The notes under the pieces were generated by a model. The model did not search any database, was not told the DNA's origin, and was given only the letters and a program-made list of their open reading frames with translations. Source: a virus (taxonomy: Duplodnaviria; Caudoviricetes). Taken from it: a DNA stretch of 54,145 nt. Shown here one piece after another: positions 17,457-27,764 of the stretch. Within the stretch, counting starts at the first letter, position 1. The number at the start of each line of letters is the position of its first letter. The stretch lies in the IMG/VR virus record IMGVR_UViG_3300043754_000035, positions 1 through 54,145 of that record, one strand, 5' to 3'. A program made the position numbers and the translations under genes.

Positions 17457-17911
17457 TGGCGATCAACATCACGGGCATCCTCGACGGAATCACCTCCCAC
17501 GCCGCCGCTACCGGCCTGTTCGACCGGGTCATGGGTCATGAACCGAAGAGCCCGCCCGGGAACGGCCTGAGCTACGTGGCCTGGTTCCAAGGCATCCGTC
17601 CCGTTCCATCGGCCTCCGGGCTCGCCATCAGCTCCGGGCTGCTGACGTTCAACGCGCGCCTCTACAGCAGCTTCGTCCAGCAGCCCGAAGACGCGATCGA
17701 CCCGAACCTCGTCGCCGCAGTCGATGTGCTGATGACCGCGTACAGCGGGGACTTCGAGCTCGGCGGCAACGTTCGCAACATCGACCTGCTCGGCCAGACC
17801 GGAACGCCGCTCAGTGCGCAGGCCGGCTACCTGACCCAGGCAGGCAAGACGTACCGCGTCGTCACCATCGTCCTGCCGGCCATCGTCAACGACCTCTGGG
17901 CCCAGGCCTGA
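17456..17911 (+). CDS. Probable tail terminator/completion protein
   Basis: Size and position before tail tube genes; DFELGGNV. Confidence 0.6.
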   Translation: MAINITGILDGITSHAAATGLFDRVMGHEPKSPPGNGLSYVAWFQGIRPVPSASGLAISSGLLTFNARLYSSFVQQPEDAIDPNLVAAVDVLMTAYSGDFELGGNVRNIDLLGQTGTPLSAQAGYLTQAGKTYRVVTIVLPAIVNDLWAQA

Positions 17912-17939
17912 TGACCACTAACGTGAGGAAGGGAGCAGC

Positions 17940-18809
17940 ATGAGCGCAGCAGGCGTCATGGACGGGATGCCACCAGGGTTCGTCTCCCCGGCGGCGTTCT
18001 GGTTCCTCCCGCAGCCCGGACGGCCCGACGGCCCGGACACGCCAGCCGTTCCGGCACCGCCGTCGCCGAAGGCCAAGACGAGCGGCCTCGGCGACAACTT
18101 CTACTTGGGCGGTTACGACCTCAGCGGGGATATCAACTCGCTGCAGAAGATCAGCGGCACGGTGGCGGTGCTCGACGTGACCGCGATCAACGAGAGCGCA
18201 CACGAGCGGCTCGGCGGTAAGCGGGACGGCGCGATGGACTTCACCTCGTACTTCAACCCGACGAACTCCCACCCCGTGCTGTCTTCGCTGCCTACGGCGG
18301 ACGTTCAGGCCAGCTATCGGCGCGGCACAGCGCTCGGCAATCCCGCGGCCGAAATGATCGCCAAGCAGCTCGACTACAACGGCACAAGGGGCGCGGACGG
18401 CTCGTTCACCTTCATCTGCGGCCTCGATGCTGACGGTTACGGCCTTGAGTGGGGCGTGCAGCTCACCCCGGGCCTGCGTAGCGACAGCGCGCCGACGAAC
18501 GGCCCGTTCGTCGATGGCGCGGCACCATCCTCGTTCGGAGCCCAGGCGTACCTGCAGGTGACGGCGTTCACCGGAACGGACGTCACCGTGAAGATCCAGG
18601 ACTCGGCGGACGAGGTCAACTTCGCGGACGTGCCTGGCCTGACGTTCGCCCAGACCACGGCCGCACTCACGACGCAGCGCATCGCCACGGCGAACACCGC
18701 CACGATCCGCCGGTTCCTCCGCGCGGTCACCATCACCACCGGCGGCTTCACCGCGGTGACGTTCGCGCTCACCATCGTCCGCAACCAGATCGCGGGGGTG
18801 ACGTTCTGA
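17940..18809 (+). CDS. Tail-tube-like protein with extra C-terminal beta domain
   Basis: KTSGLG...DVTAINESAHERL resembles 19246-19653. Confidence 0.6.
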   Translation: MSAAGVMDGMPPGFVSPAAFWFLPQPGRPDGPDTPAVPAPPSPKAKTSGLGDNFYLGGYDLSGDINSLQKISGTVAVLDVTAINESAHERLGGKRDGAMDFTSYFNPTNSHPVLSSLPTADVQASYRRGTALGNPAAEMIAKQLDYNGTRGADGSFTFICGLDADGYGLEWGVQLTPGLRSDSAPTNGPFVDGAAPSSFGAQAYLQVTAFTGTDVTVKIQDSADEVNFADVPGLTFAQTTAALTTQRIATANTATIRRFLRAVTITTGGFTAVTFALTIVRNQIAGVTF

Positions 18810-19240
18810 TGGACGCGTTCCGGATTCAGCCGGCGCTCGCGGTCGGCGCCTACCAGACGTACAGCATCACGTCCCCGCAGGACCGCACCGTGGTGGCCGC
18901 ATGCGAGCAGGTCGAGTGCAAGGCATGGGCGCACGGCTGGGAGTCGACGATCGACGAGTCAACCGAGCTCGGCCAGCAGCAGGCCCACTACATCCGACAC
19001 CAGTCCGGGCGGACCTTCAGGGAGCAGCGCACTGGAGAAGGCCTGACCGTCTTCCGCTTCGACAGCCGCCAGCGGTGCTTCGCCCAGCACAAAACCCGGC
19101 CAGAGCTGTACGTCGTCCGGGACGGGGACTGGCGTGGCAACCCGACTGGCCGGCGTCGGCTGCACGCCAACGCCGCCGACTGGGTCGAGGACTTCGGAGA
19201 GCACCAGCAGCGCATCGCTGACCAGGTAGAGAAGGGATAA
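18809..19240 (+). CDS. Hypothetical protein (C...C...C..H)
   Basis: TGATG overlap. Confidence 0.7.
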   Translation: MDAFRIQPALAVGAYQTYSITSPQDRTVVAACEQVECKAWAHGWESTIDESTELGQQQAHYIRHQSGRTFREQRTGEGLTVFRFDSRQRCFAQHKTRPELYVVRDGDWRGNPTGRRRLHANAADWVEDFGEHQQRIADQVEKG

Positions 19241-19245
19241 CCGCC

Positions 19246-19653
19246 ATGGCCAAGGTCACAGGGTTGGGCTGGTCGACACTGTCCGTCGACGATGCGACCA
19301 ACACCCAGCAGGACATCCGCAACGACATTACGAACCTGCAGTTCGCGACGCCGCGCGCCGTGCAGGACGTGACGGGCATCGACAAGTCCGCGATCGAGCG
19401 GCTCCTGCTGCTCGCGGACTTCTCGATCACCCTCAACGGGGTGGTCGACCCCGCTACCAACAAGCAGCACGACGTCTTCAAGACCGTCCCGTCGACCTCG
19501 GTCAACCGCCTGGTCACGATCGTCACCAACGGCAAGACCCTCGCACCGACCTGCCTCTTCACCGACTACTCGCTGACCCGCGCCGCGGCCGGCGAGCTGA
19601 CCTGGACGGCGCCTGGCGTGCTCGCCAACGGCGTCGTGCCGACTTGGAGCTGA
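19246..19653 (+). CDS. Probable major tail (tube) protein
   Basis: Directly before tail chaperone; DVTGIDKSAIERL. Confidence 0.7.
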   Translation: MAKVTGLGWSTLSVDDATNTQQDIRNDITNLQFATPRAVQDVTGIDKSAIERLLLLADFSITLNGVVDPATNKQHDVFKTVPSTSVNRLVTIVTNGKTLAPTCLFTDYSLTRAAAGELTWTAPGVLANGVVPTWS

Positions 19654-19659
19654 TGCGAC

Positions 19660-20079
19660 ATGGGCTTCAAGGTGCAGCGCAAGACATACCGGCTCCGGTT
19701 CGAGGGCACCGAGTTGGACGGCCTGGTCGTCACGGCTCGGGGCCTGTCGACAGGGCAGTTGCTGGAGCTGGAGACCGCTCGGCTTGCCCGCGCGGCCGGC
19801 GGGAAGGGCAGCGAGGACGGTACCCGTCGCATGCTCGCCCTCTTGGCGGGCGCGCTGGTCGAGTGGAACGCCGAGGACGAGGACGGCGCGCCGATTCCGG
19901 CGACGATCGACGGCATCCTGCAGCAGGACGTCGACTTCAACACCGCGATCATCAGCGCATGGCAGGACGCCATGTACGGGGTGTCCGCCCCTTTGTCGCA
20001 GACCTCCAGCGATGGGCAGCAGTTGGCGCTGGAGGAGTCGATTCCGATGGACGTCCCCTCGTCGAGCCTCGCGAGCTGA
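19660..20079 (+). CDS. Tail assembly chaperone (short form)
   Basis: LVEWN.EDEDG.PIP.T..G; position before tape measure. Confidence 0.8.
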   Translation: MGFKVQRKTYRLRFEGTELDGLVVTARGLSTGQLLELETARLARAAGGKGSEDGTRRMLALLAGALVEWNAEDEDGAPIPATIDGILQQDVDFNTAIISAWQDAMYGVSAPLSQTSSDGQQLALEESIPMDVPSSSLAS

Positions 20080-20219
20080 GGCACGCGCGGCTCGTCCTCG
20101 GGCTGTGCGACCGGTGGCACAAGCTGCCCAGCGAGGTGCTGGCCGAACCCGCCGAGATGCTGCGGCTGTTGAAGATTCTGGAGCTGGGAGGAGGGGACGA
20201 CCGTGACCAACCTCGTTGA
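19989..20219 (+). CDS. Tail assembly chaperone -1 frameshift extension
   Basis: Slippery C CCT TTG at 19989-19995; -1 frame open to 20219 (..LCDRWHKLPSEVLAE..). Confidence 0.75.
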   Translation, partial: PFVADLQRWAAVGAGGVDSDGRPLVEPRELRHARLVLGLCDRWHKLPSEVLAEPAEMLRLLKILELGGGDDRDQPR

Positions 20220-22848
20220 GATCCTGGTGACGGCCAAGAACCTCACGGCCCCAGTAATGGCGGAGGTGAAGGCCGGGACCACCGCGCTGGAAGAGTCGAC
20301 GTCGAAGGTCAACAAGGTTGCGGCGCTGGCGGCGACGGCCATGGTCGGGTTCCTCGGCGAGTCGATCCGCATGGCATCCTCCTTCGACTCGAAGATGGCA
20401 TTGCTCAGCACGCAGGCGGGTGTCAGCCAGGACAAGATCGCCGGTCTGTCGAAGGGCGTCCTCGACCTCGCCGGTCAGGTCGGGTTCAGCCCGGACTCGC
20501 TCGCCGAATCGCTATACCACGTCGAGTCGAACTTCGAGTCGATGGGCATCAGCTCGCAGAAGGCCCTCGACCTCACGAAGGTCGCCGCCGAGGGCGCGGC
20601 GGTCGGCCACGCGAAGCTGGTGGACGTCACCAACGCGCTGACCGCCGCCGTGGCCAGCGGTATTCCCGGCGTGCAGGACTTCCAGCAGGCGATGGGCGTC
20701 CTCAACGCGACGGTCGGCGTCGGCGACATGCAGATGCAGGACCTTGCCAGCGCGTTCGGCAGCGGCATGGTGGCCAATGTCAAGGGCTTCGGCCTATCGA
20801 TCACCGATGTCGGCGCAGCGCTGGCGACGTTCGGCGACAACAACATCCGCGGTGCGGCGGCCGGCACCCAGTTGCGCATGTCCGTCCAGGCCCTGGCCAA
20901 GCCCGTCGCGACCGCCAAGGACACCCTGAAGGAGCTCGGCCTCACCCAGACCACCCTCGCCGAAGACATGCAGAAGGGCGGCCTCAAGCTCGCCCTCGAA
21001 GACCTCGTCGCCCGCATGAACAAGGCCGGCATTGCGGCCGACCAGCAAGGCCAGATCATCACCGACGCGTTCGGCCGCAAGGCGGGCGCCGGCCTCAACG
21101 TGTTGGTCAGTCAGATGGACCGTCTGGAGTCGAAGTATCCCGCCCTCGCCGCCGGGGCGAACGGCTTCGGTGACGCGTGGGCGAAGACGCAGCAGACGTT
21201 CGCCTTCCAGACGAAGCAGTTGCAGTCGTCGCTGGACGCCCTGATGATCAGCCTGGGCGAGAAGCTGATCCCCTACGTGCAGCAGGTCGTCAAGGCACTC
21301 CTCGACCACAAGCAAGCCACCGTCGAGGTCCTACAGGTGACCGGACTGCTCATCACCGCGCTCGCCGGGTTCGCGGCGATCAGCAAGACGGTGGCGCTGA
21401 TCCAAGGGCTTGTGACGGGCTTCAAGGCCGCAAACGAGGCGATGATCGCCTACAAGCTGCGGATCTTCGAGGTGCAGGTGGCTAACGTCGCCGCAGGCGG
21501 CGGTCTCAGCACCCTTGGCGCGGCGTTCTCGGCGCTGGGCACGAAAGCGAAGATCGCGGTGGGCGCCACCGGCATCGGCCTGTTCCTCATGGTGATCAGC
21601 AAGCTGGCCGCATCGGGCCAGAACGACGGCCCGAACATCGACCAGTTGACAACGTCACTGACGCAACTGGGGAAGTCCGGCGAGGTCGCCGGCGAGGCAG
21701 GAAAGACCTTCGGGACGAACCTGGACCAACTCGGGTACGCCGTTGACCGGGTGGCCGGCAAGTCCGCCGGCATGGACCACTTCAACGACATCATGAACAA
21801 GATCTTCACGCTGGGCACTGAGAAGTCGAACAGCATGCAGACTGCGCAGAAGAACATCGATGCCCTTGACCAGAGCCTGGCGAGCATGGTCCAGACCGGG
21901 CACGCCGACCTGGCCGCAGCCGCGCTAGAGCATCTGCAGGAAGCCCTGGTGAAGCAGGGCAAGGACCCCGCCGAACTTGCGGGAGAGCTGACGAAGTACA
22001 ACGACGCCCTGCAGGGCACCGCGCTGGAGCAGAAGATCACTGCCGACACCATGGGCGCGCTCGGGCAGCAGGCCGTCGACACCACCGCGAAGCTCGGCGA
22101 CCAGGAGCACACCGCGCAGGGCCTGAAGGAAGCGATCATCGACCTGAACGACGCCAACCGGAAGGCCCTCGACGGCATGGCCGGCCTGTATGCGGCGATC
22201 GACGACGGCACGAAGGCGCTTGGCGAGAACGGCCGGTCCCTCCACATGGTGAACGGCGAGCTCGACCTGACGAATGAGAAGGCGCGGGGCAACGAGAAGG
22301 CGCTGTCGGACCTCGCGGCGAAGACGGACAACGCGGCGGAGGCGGCCCTCAACAACGGCGAGTCCTGGGACAAGGTCAACAAGATCTACGAGACCGGTCG
22401 GGACAACCTTGTCTCCCTGGCCGAGAAGATGGGCCTCAACGCCCAACAGGCGAAGGATCTCGCCGACGCGATCCTGACGATCCCGGACCGCACGGTCACC
22501 GTGACCACCAAGTTCGTCAACGTCCACACCGAGGTGGGTTCCAACGGCGACTCGTACCAGCACGGCTTCGCCACGGGCGGGATCATCGGCGCGGCTGGCG
22601 GCGGTCCGCGGTCGGGGATGGTGTGGGTCGGTGAGCAGGGCCCGGAGCTGGTGCGGCTGCCGTCGGGCAGCTCGGTGATCCCGTCCGGGCAGTCCCGGTC
22701 GATGGCGGCCGCAGCGGCCGGTGATGGCACGCAGAGGCTCCAGATCGAGTGGGTCGGCGGGAACGCCGGCGACGAGTTCATGTCGTGGCTGCGGAAGAAC
22801 ATTCGGGTGCTGGGCGGGAACGTGCAGACCGCCCTTGGACAGGGCTGA
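20203..22848 (+). CDS. Tape measure protein
   Basis: 881 aa, helical Ala/Gly-rich core, C-terminal FATGG...WVGEQGPELV. Confidence 0.92.
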   Translation: MTNLVEILVTAKNLTAPVMAEVKAGTTALEESTSKVNKVAALAATAMVGFLGESIRMASSFDSKMALLSTQAGVSQDKIAGLSKGVLDLAGQVGFSPDSLAESLYHVESNFESMGISSQKALDLTKVAAEGAAVGHAKLVDVTNALTAAVASGIPGVQDFQQAMGVLNATVGVGDMQMQDLASAFGSGMVANVKGFGLSITDVGAALATFGDNNIRGAAAGTQLRMSVQALAKPVATAKDTLKELGLTQTTLAEDMQKGGLKLALEDLVARMNKAGIAADQQGQIITDAFGRKAGAGLNVLVSQMDRLESKYPALAAGANGFGDAWAKTQQTFAFQTKQLQSSLDALMISLGEKLIPYVQQVVKALLDHKQATVEVLQVTGLLITALAGFAAISKTVALIQGLVTGFKAANEAMIAYKLRIFEVQVANVAAGGGLSTLGAAFSALGTKAKIAVGATGIGLFLMVISKLAASGQNDGPNIDQLTTSLTQLGKSGEVAGEAGKTFGTNLDQLGYAVDRVAGKSAGMDHFNDIMNKIFTLGTEKSNSMQTAQKNIDALDQSLASMVQTGHADLAAAALEHLQEALVKQGKDPAELAGELTKYNDALQGTALEQKITADTMGALGQQAVDTTAKLGDQEHTAQGLKEAIIDLNDANRKALDGMAGLYAAIDDGTKALGENGRSLHMVNGELDLTNEKARGNEKALSDLAAKTDNAAEAALNNGESWDKVNKIYETGRDNLVSLAEKMGLNAQQAKDLADAILTIPDRTVTVTTKFVNVHTEVGSNGDSYQHGFATGGIIGAAGGGPRSGMVWVGEQGPELVRLPSGSSVIPSGQSRSMAAAAAGDGTQRLQIEWVGGNAGDEFMSWLRKNIRVLGGNVQTALGQG

Positions 22849-22866
22849 GAGGGAAGGGCTGCCACT

Positions 22867-23379
22867 GTGAGCATCCATCGCTTCAAGGTGTACAACGGCC
22901 CGATGCCGACCACGGCAGCGCTGGCCAAGGTCAGCACCGGCACGGTCATCAAGACGATGCTGCAGCTTGCGACACCGGCGACCCGCATGATCCAGGTCGT
23001 CTCGTGGGGGTACACCCTGGACGCGGTGCCCGGGTCGACGGGCGGCCAGGTCGAGCTGATTCAGACCGATGTGGCGGCCACCGTGAGCGCACATGTGGCC
23101 TCCGGTGTGCAGCAGCTCGACCCGAACGCCCCGAACTCGCTTCTGACCCTCGGTAGCTCCGCCACGGGCTACACGGCTACGGCTGAGGGAACCCCGACGG
23201 CGGTCCGTGTCTTCGACGAGGTCCTGATCCCGCCGACGGCTGGCGCCGAGGCGATGACGTACGAGTACCAGTTCCTGCCGGATGAGCAACCGGTCATCGC
23301 CATCAGCAAGTTCCTGCGGGTGCGGGTCACGTTCGCGGCTGCGGTCAACATGCTGTGCTGGGTCACTTTCAACGAGTAG
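22867..23379 (+). CDS. Minor tail/virion protein
   Basis: Beta-rich; after tape measure. Confidence 0.7.
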   Translation: MSIHRFKVYNGPMPTTAALAKVSTGTVIKTMLQLATPATRMIQVVSWGYTLDAVPGSTGGQVELIQTDVAATVSAHVASGVQQLDPNAPNSLLTLGSSATGYTATAEGTPTAVRVFDEVLIPPTAGAEAMTYEYQFLPDEQPVIAISKFLRVRVTFAAAVNMLCWVTFNE

Positions 23380-23423
23380 CCATCGGACCACGTTGACTGC
23401 CAGGGAGTCGGGATAGGCGTCGT

Positions 23424-26144
23424 ATGGGCAACGTTGCGGCACAGTTGGCTGCGCGGCCGTTCCGAACCCGGAGCGTGCCCGTTCCGTTCGCTGCGCCGCC
23501 GTCGGGTGCCGGCGACATGCCGAGTGGCGGCCCGCTGCAGGTCGAGTTGTTCGTCGTCGGCGTGTGGGTGGACATCACGTCGTACGTGATGACCCGCGAC
23601 GGCGGCGGGAAGGTCGTCATCAACCGGGGTCAGCCGGATGAGAGTGCTCAGACCAACCCGGGGCGCTGCGCGTTCCAGCTGAACAATCGCAACGGCCAGT
23701 TCTCGCCGCGGAACCCGCTGGGTCCGTACTACGGTCAGCTGACCCGTAACCAGCCACTCCGGGTGTCCGTTCCGAGCGGGAACGCCAAGGCATACCGGTT
23801 CTGGGGTGAGGTCACGGCGTGGCCGCAGGATTGGGACGCCACCGGCACGGACGTGTGGGTCGACATTGAGGCTGCGGGAATCCTCCGTAGGCTCGGGCAG
23901 GGTACGCAGCCGTCCCTGTCGCCGCTCACGGCGGCGATTGCGGGTCAGACGCTGGGGCTAGCGACGGTCGTCGCGTACTGGCCGTGTGAGGACGCCTCGG
24001 GTGCTACGAGTCTTGCGTCCGGGTTTCCCGGTGCCGCTGCGATGAAGGTCTACGGCAAGCCGTCGCTGGCGAGCTACAGCGGGTTTGTCGCGTCTGCTCC
24101 GCTCCCGATGATGACGGCGGGGAGCGGCATGCGTGGGCCGGTGGCCCCGTATACGGCGCCGATCGGCGTTGGGGTCTTTTTCCTGTTCGTGGTCCCTGCT
24201 GGCGGACTCCCCAACAACACTGTGCTGTGTTCTGTGGCGACGACAGGCACGGTCAAGCGGTGGGATGTCCTCTATTCCACCTCTGGCGGCGGCAGCCTGG
24301 GCCTGAACGCGTATAACGCAAACAACGTGAACGTTTTCAGCTTGGCTGCTTTCGGCTCAGGCTTGAACGGGACCCCTGCGCAGGGGCAGCTTCAGCTGGT
24401 CATATCCGGTGCCGATACTTCGGTAGCCGTGTCGTCGGCTTCTGTGTACGGTTCGGCGGGTGGTACCCAGTTCGGAACGGCAACGGGTCAGACTTTTGGC
24501 CTTGTCTCCAGTGTCGCGCTCTCTCCGAACGGCGATACGACGGGCACGGTTCTCGGGCAGGCTCGCGTGGAATCTCTGACGATCGACGCCTTTGGCTCGG
24601 GTGACGAAACCGGCGTTCTGAACGGCGCCGTTTCGGAAAACGCCGACTATCGTTTCATCCGCGCCTGCAACACATACGGGATCAGCTACGAGCGGATCGG
24701 TACCCAGTTCGCCTCGGTGACCATGGGGGTGCAGCCCACAGGTAGCCTCTCCACCGTTCTCGCCGACTGCGTCACCGCAGACATGGGCATCGAGTACGAG
24801 CCCCTCAGCAAACTCGGCCTCGGCTACCGCACTCGCCAATCGCTCGAAAACCAGGCGCCGACACTCGCACTGTCGTATACGGCGAACCACCTCGCAGCCG
24901 TGCCGAAGCCGATCGACGATGACCGGTACACGCGGAACATCGTCACCGTGACCCGCACGGGCGGATCGTCTGCCATCGCCGAACAGCTCGCCGGGACACT
25001 GTCGGTTCTGCCGCCGCCTGCGGGTGTTGGCACGTATCCGGACGCGCGGACCGTGAACATCGACCTTGATTCCGGCCTGGCGGATCAGGCCGGGTGGCGG
25101 GTGCACATGGGGACGGTCGACGAGCCCCGCTATCCGACGATCACGGTGAACCTCGCCCGCGCCCCGTTCGTCACCAGCCCGGTGCTGCGTCAGCAGGCGT
25201 TGGCTGTACGAATGGGTGACCGGATCACGGTGTCCGGTACCCCGAACTGGCTGCCGCCGGACGGGATCAGCCAGATCGTGATCGGCACGTCCGAGACGAT
25301 CGACCACTTCCAGCACGTCATCACGTACAACGGCGCGCCCGAGTCGCCTTACCGGGTGGCGGTGACCGATGACCCGTTCTACGGCCACGCGGACACGGAC
25401 GGCAGCCAGCTCGCTTCCGGTGCCCTCGCGACTGACACCACGCTGAGCGTCCAGACGACGACCAGCGGCCCGACATGGACAACCGACCTGTCCCAGTTCC
25501 CGTTCGACCTGGCGGTCGGCGGGGAGCGGGTGACCGTCCTCGCGGTCGGCACCGTGCTCAGTTCCCCGAACGCGTTCCTCACCACCGGCGACCTGACGGG
25601 CTGGAACGCGCAGAACAGCACGATCAGCTACAACACAGTCATCGCGAACACGGCCTACGGGGCGGCGGCGTCGATCCTCATCGTCCCCGACGGGGTGTCG
25701 GCATCGGGTGGTGTCCGCGGGAACCTGACCGGGGTCGGCACGGTGGCCCCCGCGTCCACCTACATCGCGTGCATGTGGGCGTACAGCCCAAACGGCTGGT
25801 CCGACCTGCGGCCGGCGGTCGACTGGTACGACGCCAGCGGCACGTTCCTGAGCAGCGGTCTGGGCTCGGCCACGTCCGTGCCCGCGGGCGTGTGGACGTT
25901 CATCCAGCAGACCCTCACAGCGCCGGCGTCGGCGTCGCAGGCCGTCATGCGGGGCCGGCACGGCGGCACGCCAGCCGCCGCTAACAGCTGGTACGCGTGG
26001 GGCCTTCGTCTGGTGCCGTCCGCGTCGGTGTCGTCGGTATCGCCGCAGACGATGAGCGTCATCCGCTCGGTCAACGGTGTTGTGAAGCCCCAGACGGTCG
26101 GCACTGACGTGCGGCTGTTCCAGCCTGCCATCGCGGCGCTGTAG
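23424..26144 (+). CDS. Minor tail (tip) protein with LamG-like and C-terminal carbohydrate-binding-like domains
   Basis: LNNRNGQFSP.NP.GPYYG, AYWPCED, VDWYDA.G.FLS...W......APA.A. Confidence 0.82.
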   Translation: MGNVAAQLAARPFRTRSVPVPFAAPPSGAGDMPSGGPLQVELFVVGVWVDITSYVMTRDGGGKVVINRGQPDESAQTNPGRCAFQLNNRNGQFSPRNPLGPYYGQLTRNQPLRVSVPSGNAKAYRFWGEVTAWPQDWDATGTDVWVDIEAAGILRRLGQGTQPSLSPLTAAIAGQTLGLATVVAYWPCEDASGATSLASGFPGAAAMKVYGKPSLASYSGFVASAPLPMMTAGSGMRGPVAPYTAPIGVGVFFLFVVPAGGLPNNTVLCSVATTGTVKRWDVLYSTSGGGSLGLNAYNANNVNVFSLAAFGSGLNGTPAQGQLQLVISGADTSVAVSSASVYGSAGGTQFGTATGQTFGLVSSVALSPNGDTTGTVLGQARVESLTIDAFGSGDETGVLNGAVSENADYRFIRACNTYGISYERIGTQFASVTMGVQPTGSLSTVLADCVTADMGIEYEPLSKLGLGYRTRQSLENQAPTLALSYTANHLAAVPKPIDDDRYTRNIVTVTRTGGSSAIAEQLAGTLSVLPPPAGVGTYPDARTVNIDLDSGLADQAGWRVHMGTVDEPRYPTITVNLARAPFVTSPVLRQQALAVRMGDRITVSGTPNWLPPDGISQIVIGTSETIDHFQHVITYNGAPESPYRVAVTDDPFYGHADTDGSQLASGALATDTTLSVQTTTSGPTWTTDLSQFPFDLAVGGERVTVLAVGTVLSSPNAFLTTGDLTGWNAQNSTISYNTVIANTAYGAAASILIVPDGVSASGGVRGNLTGVGTVAPASTYIACMWAYSPNGWSDLRPAVDWYDASGTFLSSGLGSATSVPAGVWTFIQQTLTAPASASQAVMRGRHGGTPAAANSWYAWGLRLVPSASVSSVSPQTMSVIRSVNGVVKPQTVGTDVRLFQPAIAAL

Positions 26145-26156
26145 GAGGAGGATCTG

Positions 26157-26672
26157 ATGGCGACGTTTCCGTCGATAGCGGCCGGTCAGCGGATCACCGC
26201 GGCGCTGCTGAACTCGATGCTGCCGGTGACGGTCACGAAAACCGCGAACCAGTCCGTGACGTCGTCGACGACACTGGTCAACGACCTTGAGCTCACGCTG
26301 CCCGTGGTGGCCAACGGAACGTACCTGCTGGACGGGTTCGTCGACTACGACGGCCAGTTCGGTCCGGGCACGGGCGACATCAAGTTCGACTGGTCGCTGC
26401 CTTCCGGTGCCACGCTCCGCTGGGGGCCGCTCGGTAACGCGTCGAACGACACGTCCCAGAAGTATGCGTCGAACACCAACCTGACCGGCAACGTCCTGAC
26501 GGCGGGCACGTACGGCACTGGTGGCGCGCACAATGCGGCGACGCCGCGCGGCTACGTCACCGTCTCGTCGACGGCGGGGAACATTCAGCTGATGTGGGCT
26601 CAGAACGTGAGCAGTGCGACGGCGACGTCGGTGTATGCGGGGTCGTGGATCCGGCTGACGCGGACCTCGTAG
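26157..26672 (+). CDS. Minor tail protein
   Basis: AGQRITAALLN N-terminus; G.IQL.WAQN.S.AT...GSW. Confidence 0.75.
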   Translation: MATFPSIAAGQRITAALLNSMLPVTVTKTANQSVTSSTTLVNDLELTLPVVANGTYLLDGFVDYDGQFGPGTGDIKFDWSLPSGATLRWGPLGNASNDTSQKYASNTNLTGNVLTAGTYGTGGAHNAATPRGYVTVSSTAGNIQLMWAQNVSSATATSVYAGSWIRLTRTS

Positions 26673-26763
26673 CGCAAGGGCGCTGGCCCGGGGCTTGTCC
26701 GGTGCGCTGATCACGATGGTGGCCGTATCGCACTGTCGTCTCACAGGTCCCACGGAGTTCCGG

Positions 26764-27303
26764 ATGGCCATCGCCGACCTGACCGCCCTCGATGCGCACA
26801 AGCGCGGCGGCTTCCCGCCCGGCTACCCGGGCAACGTCCGCTCGTTCTTCTCCCCAGTGGACGACGTCCACGGCGCGCTGCTCGCTCTCGTCCGCTCGGC
26901 GTCCAGCAGCCTCAGCATCGCGATGTACGGCTTCGACGACGACGAACTCGCCGACGTCATCAAGCAGAAGCTCACCGACCCCGGCATCGAGGTGCAGCTC
27001 ACCCTCGACTCCAGCCAGGCCGGCGGTGTCCACGAGCGGGAGATCCTCGCCCGCGAGGCCTACCCGGCGTCCAGCGTCGCGATCGGCCGCAGCGAGCGCG
27101 GGGCGATCCAGCACATGAAGCTGCTCGTCATCGACGGCATCTACCGCGTCAGCGGTTCCACCAACCTCAGCCACGGCGGCGAGGAGCTGCAGGACAACGA
27201 GCTCACCATCATCCACGACGAGGTCATGGCCGCCGAGGCACGCGCCCGGGTCGACGCGATCCACGCGCACATGCTCGCCGCTGCGGCCAGGAAGGCGGCG
27301 TGA
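26764..27303 (+). CDS. Phospholipase D-superfamily protein (single HKD motif)
   Basis: GGAG RBS; FFSP, IAMYGF, HMKLLVIDG....SGSTN. Confidence 0.88.
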   Translation: MAIADLTALDAHKRGGFPPGYPGNVRSFFSPVDDVHGALLALVRSASSSLSIAMYGFDDDELADVIKQKLTDPGIEVQLTLDSSQAGGVHEREILAREAYPASSVAIGRSERGAIQHMKLLVIDGIYRVSGSTNLSHGGEELQDNELTIIHDEVMAAEARARVDAIHAHMLAAAARKAA

Positions 27304-27764
27304 TGGACGAGATGCACCGGCACCCGGCGAACATCGCCCGGCACGACGACCGGACGTTCGGCGACCGGGTCGCGGACGCGGTCGCGTCGTTCGTCGGCTC
27401 CTGGAAGTTCATCATCATCCAGACCGTGCTCATGGCGATCTGGATGTTCGTCAACACGCAGGCCATCATCGCCCTGCTCCAGGTCGTGGGCGCCGCGCAC
27501 AGCCCGCAGGACGCCGTTGTCCTGATGATCACTCAGGCGCAGTGGGATCCGTTCCCATTCGTATTTTTGAACCTGTTCATGTCAGCTGAGGCGGCGTACG
27601 CCACGCCGATCATCCTCATGAGCCAGAACCGGCAGGGCGAGCACGACCGGGTCCGAGCTGAGCACGACTTCGAGGTCAACGAGGAGTCGCTCGCCTGGAA
27701 CCGGGCCATCGGGATGCACCTGGGCGTGCAGCCGCCGGACCGGTCGGACGAGGCGGCGTCATGA
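27300..27764 (+). CDS. DUF1003 membrane protein
   Basis: GDRVAD.VA.FVGSW.FI, DPFPF.FLNL..S..AAY..PIILMSQNRQ. Confidence 0.88.
   Translation: MMDEMHRHPANIARHDDRTFGDRVADAVASFVGSWKFIIIQTVLMAIWMFVNTQAIIALLQVVGAAHSPQDAVVLMITQAQWDPFPFVFLNLFMSAEAAYATPIILMSQNRQGEHDRVRAEHDFEVNEESLAWNRAIGMHLGVQPPDRSDEAAS

Noticed and set aside
6425-26801. Long minus-strand ORFs (e.g. 6425-8239, 10763-12544, 21925-23442, 24357-26801)
   Set aside because: Antisense shadows of high-GC genes; no motifs or RBS, and they overlap clear structural genes
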